Below the pieces are notes generated by a model that was not told where the DNA came from, did not search any database, and was given only the letters and a program-made list of their open reading frames with translations. From Clostridia bacterium (lineage in GTDB: Bacteria > Bacillota > Clostridia > TANB77 > CAG-508), in the NCBI GenBank assembly GCA_017456555.1, contig JAFTJF010000011.1:35831-99830 (forward strand): DNA of 64,000 nucleotides. The letters are read 5' to 3'. Below are positions 37,101 through 46,681 of this stretch, one piece after another. The stretch's first letter is position 1. Every line of letters begins with the position of its first letter. A program made the translations under genes and the position numbers.

Positions 37101-38243
37101 ATGAAAATAAGATATTTTGATCATTCGGCAACAACGCCAGTTGATAAAAAAGTATTGGAAGCAATGATGCCATATTTTTGTGAGGAATATGGAAATCCTT
37201 CTTCTATATATAGTATCGGAAAAAAGAATAAAGAAATTATTAACATTTATAGAATGAAAATGGCAAATATTTTAGGTTGTAAAGTAAACGAATTGTATTT
37301 TACAAGTTGTGGTAGTGAAAGTGATAATATGATTTTAAAAGGAATTGCATTTGCAAATAAACATAAAGGAAACCATATTATTACAAGTAAAATTGAGCAT
37401 CCGGCAATTTTAAATACTTGTGCTTTTTTAGAAAAGTTTGGTTTTAAAATCAGTTATATTAATGTAGATTCAAATGGAATTATTAATTTAGAAGAATTAG
37501 AAAAATCTATAAATAGAAATACAATTTTAATAAGTATAATGTTTGCTAATAATGAAATTGGAACAATACAACCAATAAAAGAAATAGGAGAAATTGCTAA
37601 AAAGCATGGGATTTATTTTCATACTGATAGCGTTCAAGCTGTAGGAACAATTAATATTGATGTAAAAAAATATAATATAGGAGCTCTTTCATTATCTGCT
37701 CATAAATTTTATGGACCAAAGGGAATGGGAGCAGCATATATAAATGAAAATATACCTTTTATAAGAGTTCAAGATGGTGGGCATCAAGAAAAGGATAAAA
37801 GAGCAGGAACGGAAAATGTTCCAGGCATTGTAGGAATGGGAACTGCGTTAGAACTTGCAATTTCTAATATTGAAGAAAATACAAAAAAGATTAAAGAACT
37901 TAGAGATTTTTATGTATCAGAAATTAGTAAAAGAATAAAATATATAAAACTAAATGGAGATATGGAAAAAAGATTGCCTGGAAATGCTAACATTTCCTTT
38001 AAAGGTGTTGATGGTAGCAAATTAATAACAGAACTTGATAAAAGGGGAATCTGTGCATCTAGTGGATCCGCTTGTAGCGCAGGACTTTTGAATCCATCCC
38101 CAGTACTTCTTGCAATTGGTCTTCCAACAAGTCTTGCTAAAAGTGGATTAAGAATAACATTTGGAAAAGATAATGATTTGGAGGAAACAAAATATTTAAT
38201 TGATAGTTTAGAGGAAATAGTAGAAGGTTTAAGATATAATTAA
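37101..38243 (+). CDS. Cysteine desulfurase (NifS/IscS-type class V aminotransferase)
   Basis: PLP lysine block SLSAHKFYGPKG and active-site Cys block SSGSACS. RBS GGAGGAAGG before ATG 37101. Confidence 0.9.
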   Translation: MKIRYFDHSATTPVDKKVLEAMMPYFCEEYGNPSSIYSIGKKNKEIINIYRMKMANILGCKVNELYFTSCGSESDNMILKGIAFANKHKGNHIITSKIEHPAILNTCAFLEKFGFKISYINVDSNGIINLEELEKSINRNTILISIMFANNEIGTIQPIKEIGEIAKKHGIYFHTDSVQAVGTINIDVKKYNIGALSLSAHKFYGPKGMGAAYINENIPFIRVQDGGHQEKDKRAGTENVPGIVGMGTALELAISNIEENTKKIKELRDFYVSEISKRIKYIKLNGDMEKRLPGNANISFKGVDGSKLITELDKRGICASSGSACSAGLLNPSPVLLAIGLPTSLAKSGLRITFGKDNDLEETKYLIDSLEEIVEGLRYN

Positions 38244-38357
38244 ATCAAATTTTAGAGAAATAAGTAGAAAAATAAATTAATTTATGAAAAATGAACTAAA
38301 TTTATATTAAAGTAAAAAAGAACTGAAAGTTTAACTTTCAGTTCTTAATTTTTTTGA

Positions 38358-39269
38358 TTATTCTTTATTTGATTTTTTATCTTTAACGATATCTGACATA
38401 GCGCCTAAACTGCTAAGAGCTTGAGTTGCTTCAAATGGAATAAAGATTTTATTTGCTTCACCTTTAGCAACTTCTTGAAGTGCTTCTAATGATTTTAATT
38501 GAACTAATTTTTCATCTGGATTTGCTTTTTTGATTGCATCATAAACTCTTTGTATTTCTTGAGCTCTAGCATCAGCAACTTGTTTAATAGCTTCAGCTTC
38601 ACCAGTAGCTCTTCTAATTCTTGATTCTCTATCAGCTTCTGCATCTAAGATTGCAGCTTCTTTTCTACCTTCAGCAAGAGTGATTGCAGATTGTCTTTCT
38701 CCTTCTGCTTGAAGAATTAAAGCTCTTTTATTTCTTTCTGCGTTCATTTGTTTTTCCATTGCATCTCTGATGTCTGCTGGTGGAGTGATATCTTTTATTT
38801 CAACTCTATCGATTTTGCATCCCCAAGGATCTGTTGCTTCGTCTAAGATTACTCTTAATCTATCATTGATTTGATCTCTAGAAGAGAATGTTTGGTCTAA
38901 TTCCATTTTACCAACAATATCACGAATTGTTGTGATAGCTAAGTATTCAATACCTTTTTTCAAACTTTGAATTTCATAAACTGCTTTAGCAGGGTCTGTA
39001 ATTTTGTAGAACACTACAGTATCAATTGTGATTGTAACGTTATCTGATGTGATAACTCCTTGTGGTGGAATATCCATTGTTTGTTGTTTTAAACTAACAA
39101 CTGAACGAACTTTGTCCAAGAATGGAACAATAAATGTAAGACCAGCATCTGCTACTTTATGAAATCTACCTAATCTTTCAATAACATAAACTTCAGATTG
39201 TCTAACAACTTTAATTGTGTTATATGCAATAATGCATATAATGATAAGTAATATAAAGAAAACTACCAT
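38358..39269 (-). CDS. SPFH/band-7 (stomatin-like) protein
   Basis: N-terminal TM, SPFH core, and a C-terminal coiled coil rich in AEAE/RE. Confidence 0.92.
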   Translation of the reverse strand: MVVFFILLIIICIIAYNTIKVVRQSEVYVIERLGRFHKVADAGLTFIVPFLDKVRSVVSLKQQTMDIPPQGVITSDNVTITIDTVVFYKITDPAKAVYEIQSLKKGIEYLAITTIRDIVGKMELDQTFSSRDQINDRLRVILDEATDPWGCKIDRVEIKDITPPADIRDAMEKQMNAERNKRALILQAEGERQSAITLAEGRKEAAILDAEADRESRIRRATGEAEAIKQVADARAQEIQRVYDAIKKANPDEKLVQLKSLEALQEVAKGEANKIFIPFEATQALSSLGAMSDIVKDKKSNKE

Positions 39270-39295
39270 TATAAAATCCTCCTAATTATATTTTT

Positions 39296-39727
39296 TTATT
39301 TTGTTAATGGTTTTACTATAACTTTTACGCCTTCGATTTTTTCAACAATAACTTCTGTATCTTTAGGAATATATGTATCATCAGCAGATTTGGCAGACCA
39401 TGATTCTCCACCAACTTTAACTTGACCTTTTCCTTCAACTGGTTCAATGTCAATAGTTACTCTTCCAACTTTACCTTCTATAGAATAAGAATTTGTTTTA
39501 ACAAATGAATCTTTTGGCATAATTTTATTTACTAATGGTTTTGTTGCAAATAGTAGTATTGTTGAAACAACTAGGAAAACAATAGCTTGAACTAAGATAC
39601 TATCTACTAGAAGACTTACAACTAATGCTGCTAATGCGCCAAGAGCGAACCAAAATACAAGAAAACCCATTGTAGCTATTTCAAGGATTACAAAGGCTCC
39701 TGCAATGATTAACCAAAATTGCCACAT
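39296..39727 (-). CDS. NfeD-family membrane protein (partner of the SPFH protein)
   Basis: Three TM segments plus a C-terminal OB-fold block (GKVGRV..GQVKVGGESWSA). RBS GGAGG before ATG 39727. Confidence 0.85.
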   Translation of the reverse strand: MWQFWLIIAGAFVILEIATMGFLVFWFALGALAALVVSLLVDSILVQAIVFLVVSTILLFATKPLVNKIMPKDSFVKTNSYSIEGKVGRVTIDIEPVEGKGQVKVGGESWSAKSADDTYIPKDTEVIVEKIEGVKVIVKPLTK

Positions 39728-39983
39728 ATAAACCTCCAATCTATTCTTAAAAGAATAATAAACTTCATTCATATTATACAATATAATATGATAATATTCA
39801 AATAAATTAATAAAAATGTTACAAAAAAATAATATTTTTTCTTAATAAATTACAAAATATAATTGAAAACTAGTTTTGAGCGGTATTAGAAATTTGACAG
39901 ATAAAATTTGTGTCAAAAAATGTAGATTTTTTCAGGGGCTTATTATATAATTCAAAAGTAATTAAAAATATTGGAGAGAACAA

Positions 39984-41174
39984 ATGATTAAACAAAAAAG
40001 AAAATTAAATATGCTAAAAGTTAGACGTTGTATTATTGTTGCAGTTGCAATATTACTGTTAATAATAATTTGTATATGTGTAAAAATAAATAAAGATAAA
40101 AATAGATATAATGAATTAACAATTTTATTAAATAATGAGCTTATAGAATTATTAGAAGAACCGATAATTGATGAAAATAAAAATATATTTTTCTCAAAAG
40201 ATGATATTCAAAAATTATTTGATGAAACAATCTACTACAATGAAGCTGAAAAAGAATTAATAACAACTTACAATACTCATGTTGCTTTATTAAAAGTTGA
40301 TGAAGAATATGCTGAAATAAATGATGAAACAATAAAACTAAATGGAAAATTATATGAAGAAAAAGAAAATATTTATATTCCAATAACAGATTTAGCTGAA
40401 GTTTATGATTTAGAAATAAAATATTCACAAAAAAGTAATAGAATAATAATGGACTCAACGTTGAAAAAGAAAGTTGAGGCGACTGTAGTAAAGAGAAGCA
40501 ATGTTGAAACTAAAAAAGGTTTATTTGGAAGTAAATTAGAAAAAGTTATAATTGGTGATAAATTAACAATCATTGAAACTGATGGAAATTATAAAAAAGT
40601 TAGAACATCTTTAGGAAATATTGGATATATAAAAACTAATAAATTATCTGAAGAAAATATAGTTAGAGAAGATGTTAAATATGACAAAAAAGATATAAAT
40701 GTATATAGAAATTATTCTAATATTTCAGGAGTATATGATAATATTGAAAATGTAGATGATAAAAAATTAAATGTAGTTGTACCAACATTTTTCTATTTGG
40801 AAAAAAATAGTAAAGTTTTGGATAAAACAACAAGTACAACAGCAACATATTCTGTTTATAAAAATTGGGCTGATAATAATAAAGTTCAAATATTGCCAAC
40901 TTTTACAAATAATGAAAGTGTATCAAATAATTTACTAAGTTATTCTCAAAGAAGCTCTGTAATAAATGATTTAAAAACAGATTTAATAAAATATAATTAT
41001 ATAGGAATAAACATTGAATTTGCTACAATAAATGATGTAAATAGTTTTTATAGATTTATTTTAGAATTAGTACCTAGATTTAAAGAAGAAGGTTTACTTG
41101 TTGCAGTTACATTAAATAATAATTTGGACAAGTCTAGACTAGAAGGTGTTGTAGATTATATACTTGAAAAATAA
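39984..41174 (+). CDS. Membrane-anchored protein with stalk and SH3b-like regions and a truncated, catalytically degenerate GH18-like C-terminus
   Basis: SH3b-like GNYKKVRTSLGNIGYIK. IGINIEFA replaces the GH18 DGxDxDxE block, and the ORF stops about half-way through the barrel. Confidence 0.55.
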   Translation: MIKQKRKLNMLKVRRCIIVAVAILLLIIICICVKINKDKNRYNELTILLNNELIELLEEPIIDENKNIFFSKDDIQKLFDETIYYNEAEKELITTYNTHVALLKVDEEYAEINDETIKLNGKLYEEKENIYIPITDLAEVYDLEIKYSQKSNRIIMDSTLKKKVEATVVKRSNVETKKGLFGSKLEKVIIGDKLTIIETDGNYKKVRTSLGNIGYIKTNKLSEENIVREDVKYDKKDINVYRNYSNISGVYDNIENVDDKKLNVVVPTFFYLEKNSKVLDKTTSTTATYSVYKNWADNNKVQILPTFTNNESVSNNLLSYSQRSSVINDLKTDLIKYNYIGINIEFATINDVNSFYRFILELVPRFKEEGLLVAVTLNNNLDKSRLEGVVDYILEK

Positions 41175-41226
41175 TTTTATAGATTTTTTTGAAAATCTAA
41201 ATATACAGTAAAGTAAGGTAGATTAA

Positions 41227-42318
41227 ATGAAAAAAGTTTTAGTAGTATTTGGAATATTTTTACTAATTGTTATTTTAGGACTAGTAGGAGTATTTGCATG
41301 GTATAATACAAGTTTAAGTTCTTTAAAAGAACCAACTGGTAATGAAGAAAAAGAAGTTATTAGAATTGAAATTGAAGAAGGTATGGGAGCTTCTCAAATA
41401 GCTCAATTATTAGAAGAAAATGATATTATAAAAAGTGCACTTGCGATGAAAATTTATACAAAAATTAATGGATTATCAAATCTTCAAGCTGGAATTTATG
41501 ATTTGAGTCCTGAAGAAGATACACCAGATATTGTTTACCATATTATAAACGGTGAAGTTGCTGATGATAGTGTAAAAATAACATTTATCGAAGGAAAGAA
41601 CATGAGATGGATAGCTAAGACAATTGCTAGTAAAACTAATAATACAGAAGAAGATGTTTTTGCTTTATTAGAAGATGAAGAATATATAGATTCTTTAATT
41701 GAAAAATATTGGTTTATAACAGAAGAAGTAAAACAAGAAGATATATATTATCCATTAGAAGGATATTTACTTCCAGATACTTATGTTTTTGAAAACAAAG
41801 ATGTATCTGTAAAATATATTTTTAATGTTATTTTAAATTTCACAGAGAAATTTTTAGATACTTATAAAGAAGATATTGAAAACAACGATTTAACAATGCA
41901 CCAACTTTTAACAATTGCATCTTTAGCAGAACTTGAAGGAAAATCTTTAGAAGATAGAAAAGAAATTGTTGGAGTATTTTTCAATAGAATATATGATGGA
42001 ATGAGCTTAGGTAGTGATGTTTCTACATATTACGCTTTTAAAGTAGATATGGGAGAAAGAGATTTAACTGTAAAAGAATTAAACACAGAAAATCCATATA
42101 ATACTAGAGGACCTAATATGGGAGGAAAGATTCCGATTGGACCAATTTGTAATCCAAGTAAAAGTGCAATAGAAGCTATTTTAGACTATACAGAAACAGA
42201 TGCATATTACTTTGTTGCAGACAAAAATGGAAAAGTATATTTTACAAAAAATAATACAGAACATAATCAAATGATTAATAAATTGAAAAAAGAAGGTTTA
42301 TGGTTTACTTATGAGTAA
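41227..42318 (+). CDS. mltG: Endolytic murein transglycosylase MltG (YceG-like)
   Basis: N-terminal TM, a LysM-like segment, and the conserved NPYNTRG..GLPPGPI-type block (NPYNTRGPNMGGKIPIGPICNPS). Confidence 0.92.
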   Translation: MKKVLVVFGIFLLIVILGLVGVFAWYNTSLSSLKEPTGNEEKEVIRIEIEEGMGASQIAQLLEENDIIKSALAMKIYTKINGLSNLQAGIYDLSPEEDTPDIVYHIINGEVADDSVKITFIEGKNMRWIAKTIASKTNNTEEDVFALLEDEEYIDSLIEKYWFITEEVKQEDIYYPLEGYLLPDTYVFENKDVSVKYIFNVILNFTEKFLDTYKEDIENNDLTMHQLLTIASLAELEGKSLEDRKEIVGVFFNRIYDGMSLGSDVSTYYAFKVDMGERDLTVKELNTENPYNTRGPNMGGKIPIGPICNPSKSAIEAILDYTETDAYYFVADKNGKVYFTKNNTEHNQMINKLKKEGLWFTYE

Positions 42319-42442
42319 AACCAAAATATGTTAATAAAAAAAGGTGTATTAATTTTAATACATCTTTTTTTGTTGGTATAATAAAACGAAAAACTTGACA
42401 TAATATACAAAACTAGTGTATAATTAATATTAGTTAAATATT

Positions 42443-42744
42443 TTGCGATGAAGATGAAAGCTATCAAATACTATTTTACAGAGAAAAAACGCCACCGGCT
42501 GAGAGCGTTTTAAATAAAGGTTGATATGTGAAACACATTGGAGCAAACTTAAAATATTGTAAATTTTGTATGCAATATTTTATTTTAAAAGTGGGAAACG
42601 TTTTTACTTTAATACAAATTTGTAAATTATAAAAATACAATTTGTTATTTCCTTGGAACGTTTTCAAATAGGGTGGCACCGCGGAAGTTATGAGCTTTCG
42701 TCCCTGTAGTAATTTTACTGCAGAGACGAAAGCTCTTTTGTTTT
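42443..42744 (+). promoter_or_regulatory. T-box riboswitch leader of aspS
   Basis: Stem I start TTGCGATGAAGA, distal GGCTGAGAG, T-box sequence AATAGGGTGGCACCGCGG (42666-42684), and terminator GAGCTTTCGTC..GACGAAAGCTC plus T-run. Confidence 0.88.
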
Positions 42745-42780
42745 ATAACTTACGTCCCTATAAAAGAAAAGGAGCAAATT

Positions 42781-44547
42781 ATGAAAGGAAACATGTACAG
42801 AACATATAAGTGTTCAGAATTACGTGAAAAACACGTAGGAGAAGAAATTAAACTAGCAGGATGGGTAGACACAATAAGAGATTTAGGAGGAGTTCTATTT
42901 ATTGATTTAAGAGATCAATATGGTGTAACTCAAGTAGTAGTTTCAGGAGATGAAGAAAAAGTTGAATTTGCCTCAAAAATACCAACTGAATCTACAATAT
43001 CTGTTTCAGGAAAAGTAAGATTAAGAGATGAAGAAACAATTAACTTAAAATTAGAAACTGGAACAGTAGAATTATTTGCAGATAAAATCGAAATTTTAGG
43101 TAAAAGAACAAAAGCTTTACCATTCGAAATTGAATCAGACAGAAGTGTTAGAGAAGATTTGAGATTAGAATACAGATTTTTAGATTTAAGAGCAAGAAAA
43201 AACTTAGAAAATTTAAAATTAAGAGCTGAATTAATTCAATTCTTAAGATTAAAAATGATAGAGCAAGGATTTTTAGAAGTTCAAACTCCAATCCTTACAA
43301 GTTCATCACCAGAAGGTGCAAGAGATTATTTAGTACCAAGTAGAATGTACCCAGGAAAATTTTATGCACTTCCACAAGCACCACAACAATTTAAACAATT
43401 ATTAATGGTTTCTGGAATTGATAAATATTTCCAAATAGCACCTTGTTTTAGAGATGAAGATTCAAGAGCAGATAGATCTCCTGGAGAATTCTATCAATTA
43501 GATATGGAAATGGCTTTTGCTACTCAAGAAGATGTATTTTCAGTAATGGAAAAAGTAATGTATGATACATTTACAAGATTCTCTGATAAAAAAGTTGCAG
43601 AATATCCATTCCCAAGAATTCCATATGAGGAAGCGATGCTTAAATATGGTAGTGATAAACCAGATTTAAGAAACCCATTAGAAATAAAAGATGTTACAAA
43701 CATTTTTGAAAAAATAGATATAAAAGTATTTAATGGGAAAATCGTTAGAACAATTACACTTCCAGAAGGAGCGGCTGTAGAAAGATCTTTCTATGATGGT
43801 ATGACAGAATTTGCTATAGAAGATTGTAAAGCAAAAGGTTTAGCTTGGATAAAAATATTAGAAGATGGAGAATGGCAAGGTCCAATAGCTAAATTTATTG
43901 ATGAAGAATCAAGAAAAGAATTCATGAAACAAACAGATACAAAAATCGGAGATAGTGTATTCTTTATTGCAGAACATAAAGGAATTGTAGAAAAACTAGC
44001 TGGAGAAATAAGAAAGGAAATTGGAAAAAGACAAGGATTAATAGATGATTCAGAATATAGATTCTGCTGGATAGTAGATTTCCCAATGTATGAATTAACA
44101 GATAGCGGAAAAATTGATTTTTGTCACAACCCATTTTCGATGCCACAAGGTGGATTAGAAGCGTTAACAACTAAAGATCCATTAGATATTTATGCATATC
44201 AATATGATATAGTTTGTAACGGAATAGAACTTTCTTCTGGTGCTGTTAGAAACCATGATCCAGAAATCATGATAAAAGCATTTGAAATTGCAGGATATAC
44301 AGAAGAAGATATTAAAACAAAATTTGCTGCATTATTTAAAGCTTTTCATTATGGAGCACCACCACATGCTGGAATTGCACCAGGTGTTGATAGAATATTA
44401 ATGCTTTTAGCTGGAGAAGAATCAATAAGAGAAGTTATTGCATTTCCAATGAACTCAAAAGCACAAGACCTTTTAATGGGAGCGCCAGGAGTTGTTACAG
44501 AAAAACAATTAAGAGAAGTTCATATTAAGCTAGATATAAAAAAATAA
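42781..44547 (+). CDS. aspS: Aspartate--tRNA ligase (bacterial type, 588 aa)
   Basis: OB anticodon-binding domain, class II motifs (FRDEDSRADRSPEFYQLD, GIELSSGAVRNH, GIAPGVDR) and the bacterial insertion domain. Confidence 0.95.
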   Translation: MKGNMYRTYKCSELREKHVGEEIKLAGWVDTIRDLGGVLFIDLRDQYGVTQVVVSGDEEKVEFASKIPTESTISVSGKVRLRDEETINLKLETGTVELFADKIEILGKRTKALPFEIESDRSVREDLRLEYRFLDLRARKNLENLKLRAELIQFLRLKMIEQGFLEVQTPILTSSSPEGARDYLVPSRMYPGKFYALPQAPQQFKQLLMVSGIDKYFQIAPCFRDEDSRADRSPGEFYQLDMEMAFATQEDVFSVMEKVMYDTFTRFSDKKVAEYPFPRIPYEEAMLKYGSDKPDLRNPLEIKDVTNIFEKIDIKVFNGKIVRTITLPEGAAVERSFYDGMTEFAIEDCKAKGLAWIKILEDGEWQGPIAKFIDEESRKEFMKQTDTKIGDSVFFIAEHKGIVEKLAGEIRKEIGKRQGLIDDSEYRFCWIVDFPMYELTDSGKIDFCHNPFSMPQGGLEALTTKDPLDIYAYQYDIVCNGIELSSGAVRNHDPEIMIKAFEIAGYTEEDIKTKFAALFKAFHYGAPPHAGIAPGVDRILMLLAGEESIREVIAFPMNSKAQDLLMGAPGVVTEKQLREVHIKLDIKK

Positions 44548-44694
44548 ATTTAATTTAATAATATAAAAATTACTAATAAAATTTAATTTTTATATTAATT
44601 TTGAAAAAGCAGTTTTTCTTTAGAAAAGACTGCTTTTCATACTGTTTGGTGTAAAAGGAAACTATAATAAAATTTACAAAAAAGGAAATTTTAT

Positions 44695-44729
44695 GTTGAC
44701 AAGCAAAAAAAATCGTGCTAACATTTTAA
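44695..44729 (+). promoter_or_regulatory. Promoter of the leader-peptide / ABC transporter operon
   Basis: TTGACA (44695-44700), 17 nt, TGcTAACAT. Confidence 0.55.
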
Positions 44730-44760
44730 TATAGAAAAAATCAAAGGAGAATTATTTTTT

Positions 44761-44802
44761 ATGAATTTAGTAAAAGGTAACAAACATCATCATAAAAAAT
44801 AG
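44761..44802 (+). CDS. 13-codon leader peptide MNLVKGNKHHHKK with three consecutive His codons
   Basis: RBS AAAGGAGA 10 nt upstream. CAT CAT CAT at 44785-44793. The stop codon abuts the first of several mutually exclusive hairpin segments. Confidence 0.55.
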   Translation: MNLVKGNKHHHKK

Positions 44803-44864
44803 CTTGTGTCTTAGAATATATTAGGCACAGGCTTTTGATGATGCTTGTGCCTTTAGTGTTTTTA

Positions 44865-44915
44865 AGAGCCTTAAAGGTACTAGAATAAATCTAGAATACC
44901 TTTAGGGCTCTTTTT
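44865..44915 (+). terminator. Attenuator terminator
   Basis: 15-bp stem AGAGCCTTAAAGGTA / TACCTTTAGGGCTCT followed by TTTTT. It lies between the promoter/leader and the transporter genes. Confidence 0.75.
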
Positions 44916-45131
44916 GTATACCAAAATCAATTTTACAAATAGCGCGCAAAATAAAATTGATTTTTGCAAGTTTTATGATGAATTTAAAATTATAAAAATA
45001 GAAATATAAAAAAGAGAGGGAATTAATAAAATTCTTACTTTGGTTTTGAAATAAATTTATTTAATAGATAAATTTAGATGATAAAAAAGAAAATAAATTA
45101 TTTATTAAAAAGAAAAAATGGAGGTAATATT

Positions 45132-45932
45132 ATGAAAAATATGGTAAAAGGAATAATTGCAGTAGTTGCAGTTTTTATAATTGTTGTAGGAATATTTTAT
45201 ATGAATAGAGATACAGAAGGAAATAATGAAGATACATTAGTGGTTGGATTAGATGATAGTTTTCCACCAATGGGATTTAGAAATGAAAATAATGAAATAG
45301 TTGGATTTGATATTGATTTGGCTAAAGCAGTAGCAGAAGAACTAGGGATGGAAGTTAAATTTCAACCAATATCATGGGCTTCAAAAGAACAAGAATTAAG
45401 TTCTGGAAATATAGATTGTATTTGGAATGGATTTGCATATAACGAAGAAAGAGCAGCGACAATGACATTAACAGATCCATACATAAAAGGAGAAAACTAT
45501 TTTATATTAAAAAATGGTAGTAAAGTAACATCTCAAGAAGAATTAAAAGGAAAGAAAATAGGAGTTCAAACAGGTTCAATACAAGCACAAGACTTAGAAA
45601 AATCTGAATTTGGAAAAGCAGTAGAGATAATACAATATGGTGATAATTTAACAGCCTTTATGGATTTAGAAACAGAAGGAATTGATGCATTATTTTGTTC
45701 TAACATCATTGGAAACTATTTAATAACTTCAAAAGGAAAAGATTATGAAACTATTGCCTCAGAAAATATTACAGTATCAAATGGAAGTGTAATTGCATTT
45801 AAACAAGGTAATACAGAATTAAGAGATAAAATTCAAAATGCATTAATAAGATTAGAACAAACTGGAAGTTTAGATAGTATTTCAGAAAAATGGTTTGGAA
45901 AAGATATGATAATAATTAATGAGGTGAAGTAA
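45132..45932 (+). CDS. Polar amino-acid ABC transporter substrate-binding protein
   Basis: Signal anchor, then GLDDSFPPMGFRNENNEIVGFDIDLAKAVA..IDCIWNGF. RBS GGAGGT before ATG 45132. Confidence 0.88.
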   Translation: MKNMVKGIIAVVAVFIIVVGIFYMNRDTEGNNEDTLVVGLDDSFPPMGFRNENNEIVGFDIDLAKAVAEELGMEVKFQPISWASKEQELSSGNIDCIWNGFAYNEERAATMTLTDPYIKGENYFILKNGSKVTSQEELKGKKIGVQTGSIQAQDLEKSEFGKAVEIIQYGDNLTAFMDLETEGIDALFCSNIIGNYLITSKGKDYETIASENITVSNGSVIAFKQGNTELRDKIQNALIRLEQTGSLDSISEKWFGKDMIIINEVK

Positions 45933-45933
45933 T

Positions 45934-46584
45934 ATGAATTTAGAACAGACAATAAATGTAGCGAAAATACTATTTTCTGGAATAGGAGTATCACTTCAAA
46001 TATTTGTTTTAACATTCATATTTTCAATACCACTTGGAATTATAGTTGCAGTTCTTAGAAATTCAAAATGTAAAATAATTTCATATTTGATGAAAGGATA
46101 TATTTTACTAATTCGTGGAACTCCAATAATGCTTCAAATTATAGTTGTTTACTTTTGTCCTTATTATATGTTTAGAGTGAGTTATGACAGATTTGCCGCT
46201 ATAATAATTGCTTTTGTAATTAATTATGCAGCTTATTTTTCAGAAATATTTAGAAGCGGAATTAATAGTATTCCAGATGGACAAAAAGAGGCAGCATATA
46301 CTTTGGGATTTAATAAAGTTCAAACATTTTTCTTAATAATTTTACCACAAGTTGTGAAAATTATTTTACCATCAATGTCTAATGAGGTTATTTCTCTTTT
46401 GAAAACAACTTCACTTGCTCAAATTATTGGTGTAACAGAAATGTTTGCGTTAGCACAAAAACAAGCAAGCTATAATTTTTCAATAATTCCTTTAGTACTA
46501 GCAGGAGGTTATTACTTAATCTTAGTATTTTTCGTATCAATATTATTTAATAAGGCAGAGAAAAAATTGGAGTATTATAGTTAA
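45934..46584 (+). CDS. Polar amino-acid ABC transporter permease (His/Glu/Gln/Arg/opine family)
   Basis: EAA-loop-like block EAAYTLGFNKVQTFFLIILPQ and five TM segments. Confidence 0.92.
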   Translation: MNLEQTINVAKILFSGIGVSLQIFVLTFIFSIPLGIIVAVLRNSKCKIISYLMKGYILLIRGTPIMLQIIVVYFCPYYMFRVSYDRFAAIIIAFVINYAAYFSEIFRSGINSIPDGQKEAAYTLGFNKVQTFFLIILPQVVKIILPSMSNEVISLLKTTSLAQIIGVTEMFALAQKQASYNFSIIPLVLAGGYYLILVFFVSILFNKAEKKLEYYS

Positions 46585-46596
46585 TTAAATTGGGAT

Positions 46597-46681
46597 GATT
46601 TGGGGACGGAGAAAAAAATCATTCTTTAGCCAAAAAATTAAAAATAGATTTGGGGATGATTTTTGTCTCCGTCCCTAAATC
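46597..46681. repeat. Palindromic MITE/REP-like element, copy 2, intercistronic inside the ABC operon
   Basis: GATTTGGGGACGGAGAAAAAAATCAT ... ATGATTTTTGTCTCCGTCCCTAAATC. The central loop TCTTTAGCCAAAAAAT.. is shared with copy 1. Confidence 0.85.

Noticed and set aside
42476-42679. 67-aa minus-strand ORF between mltG and aspS.
   Set aside because: It lies entirely within the T-box leader, which explains the region.
44974-44997. Mini-ORF ATG ATG AAT TTA AAA TTA TAA, which shares ATGAATTTA with the His leader peptide.
   Set aside because: It has a 9-nt identity in A/T-rich DNA, no RBS and no His codons. It is probably coincidence.
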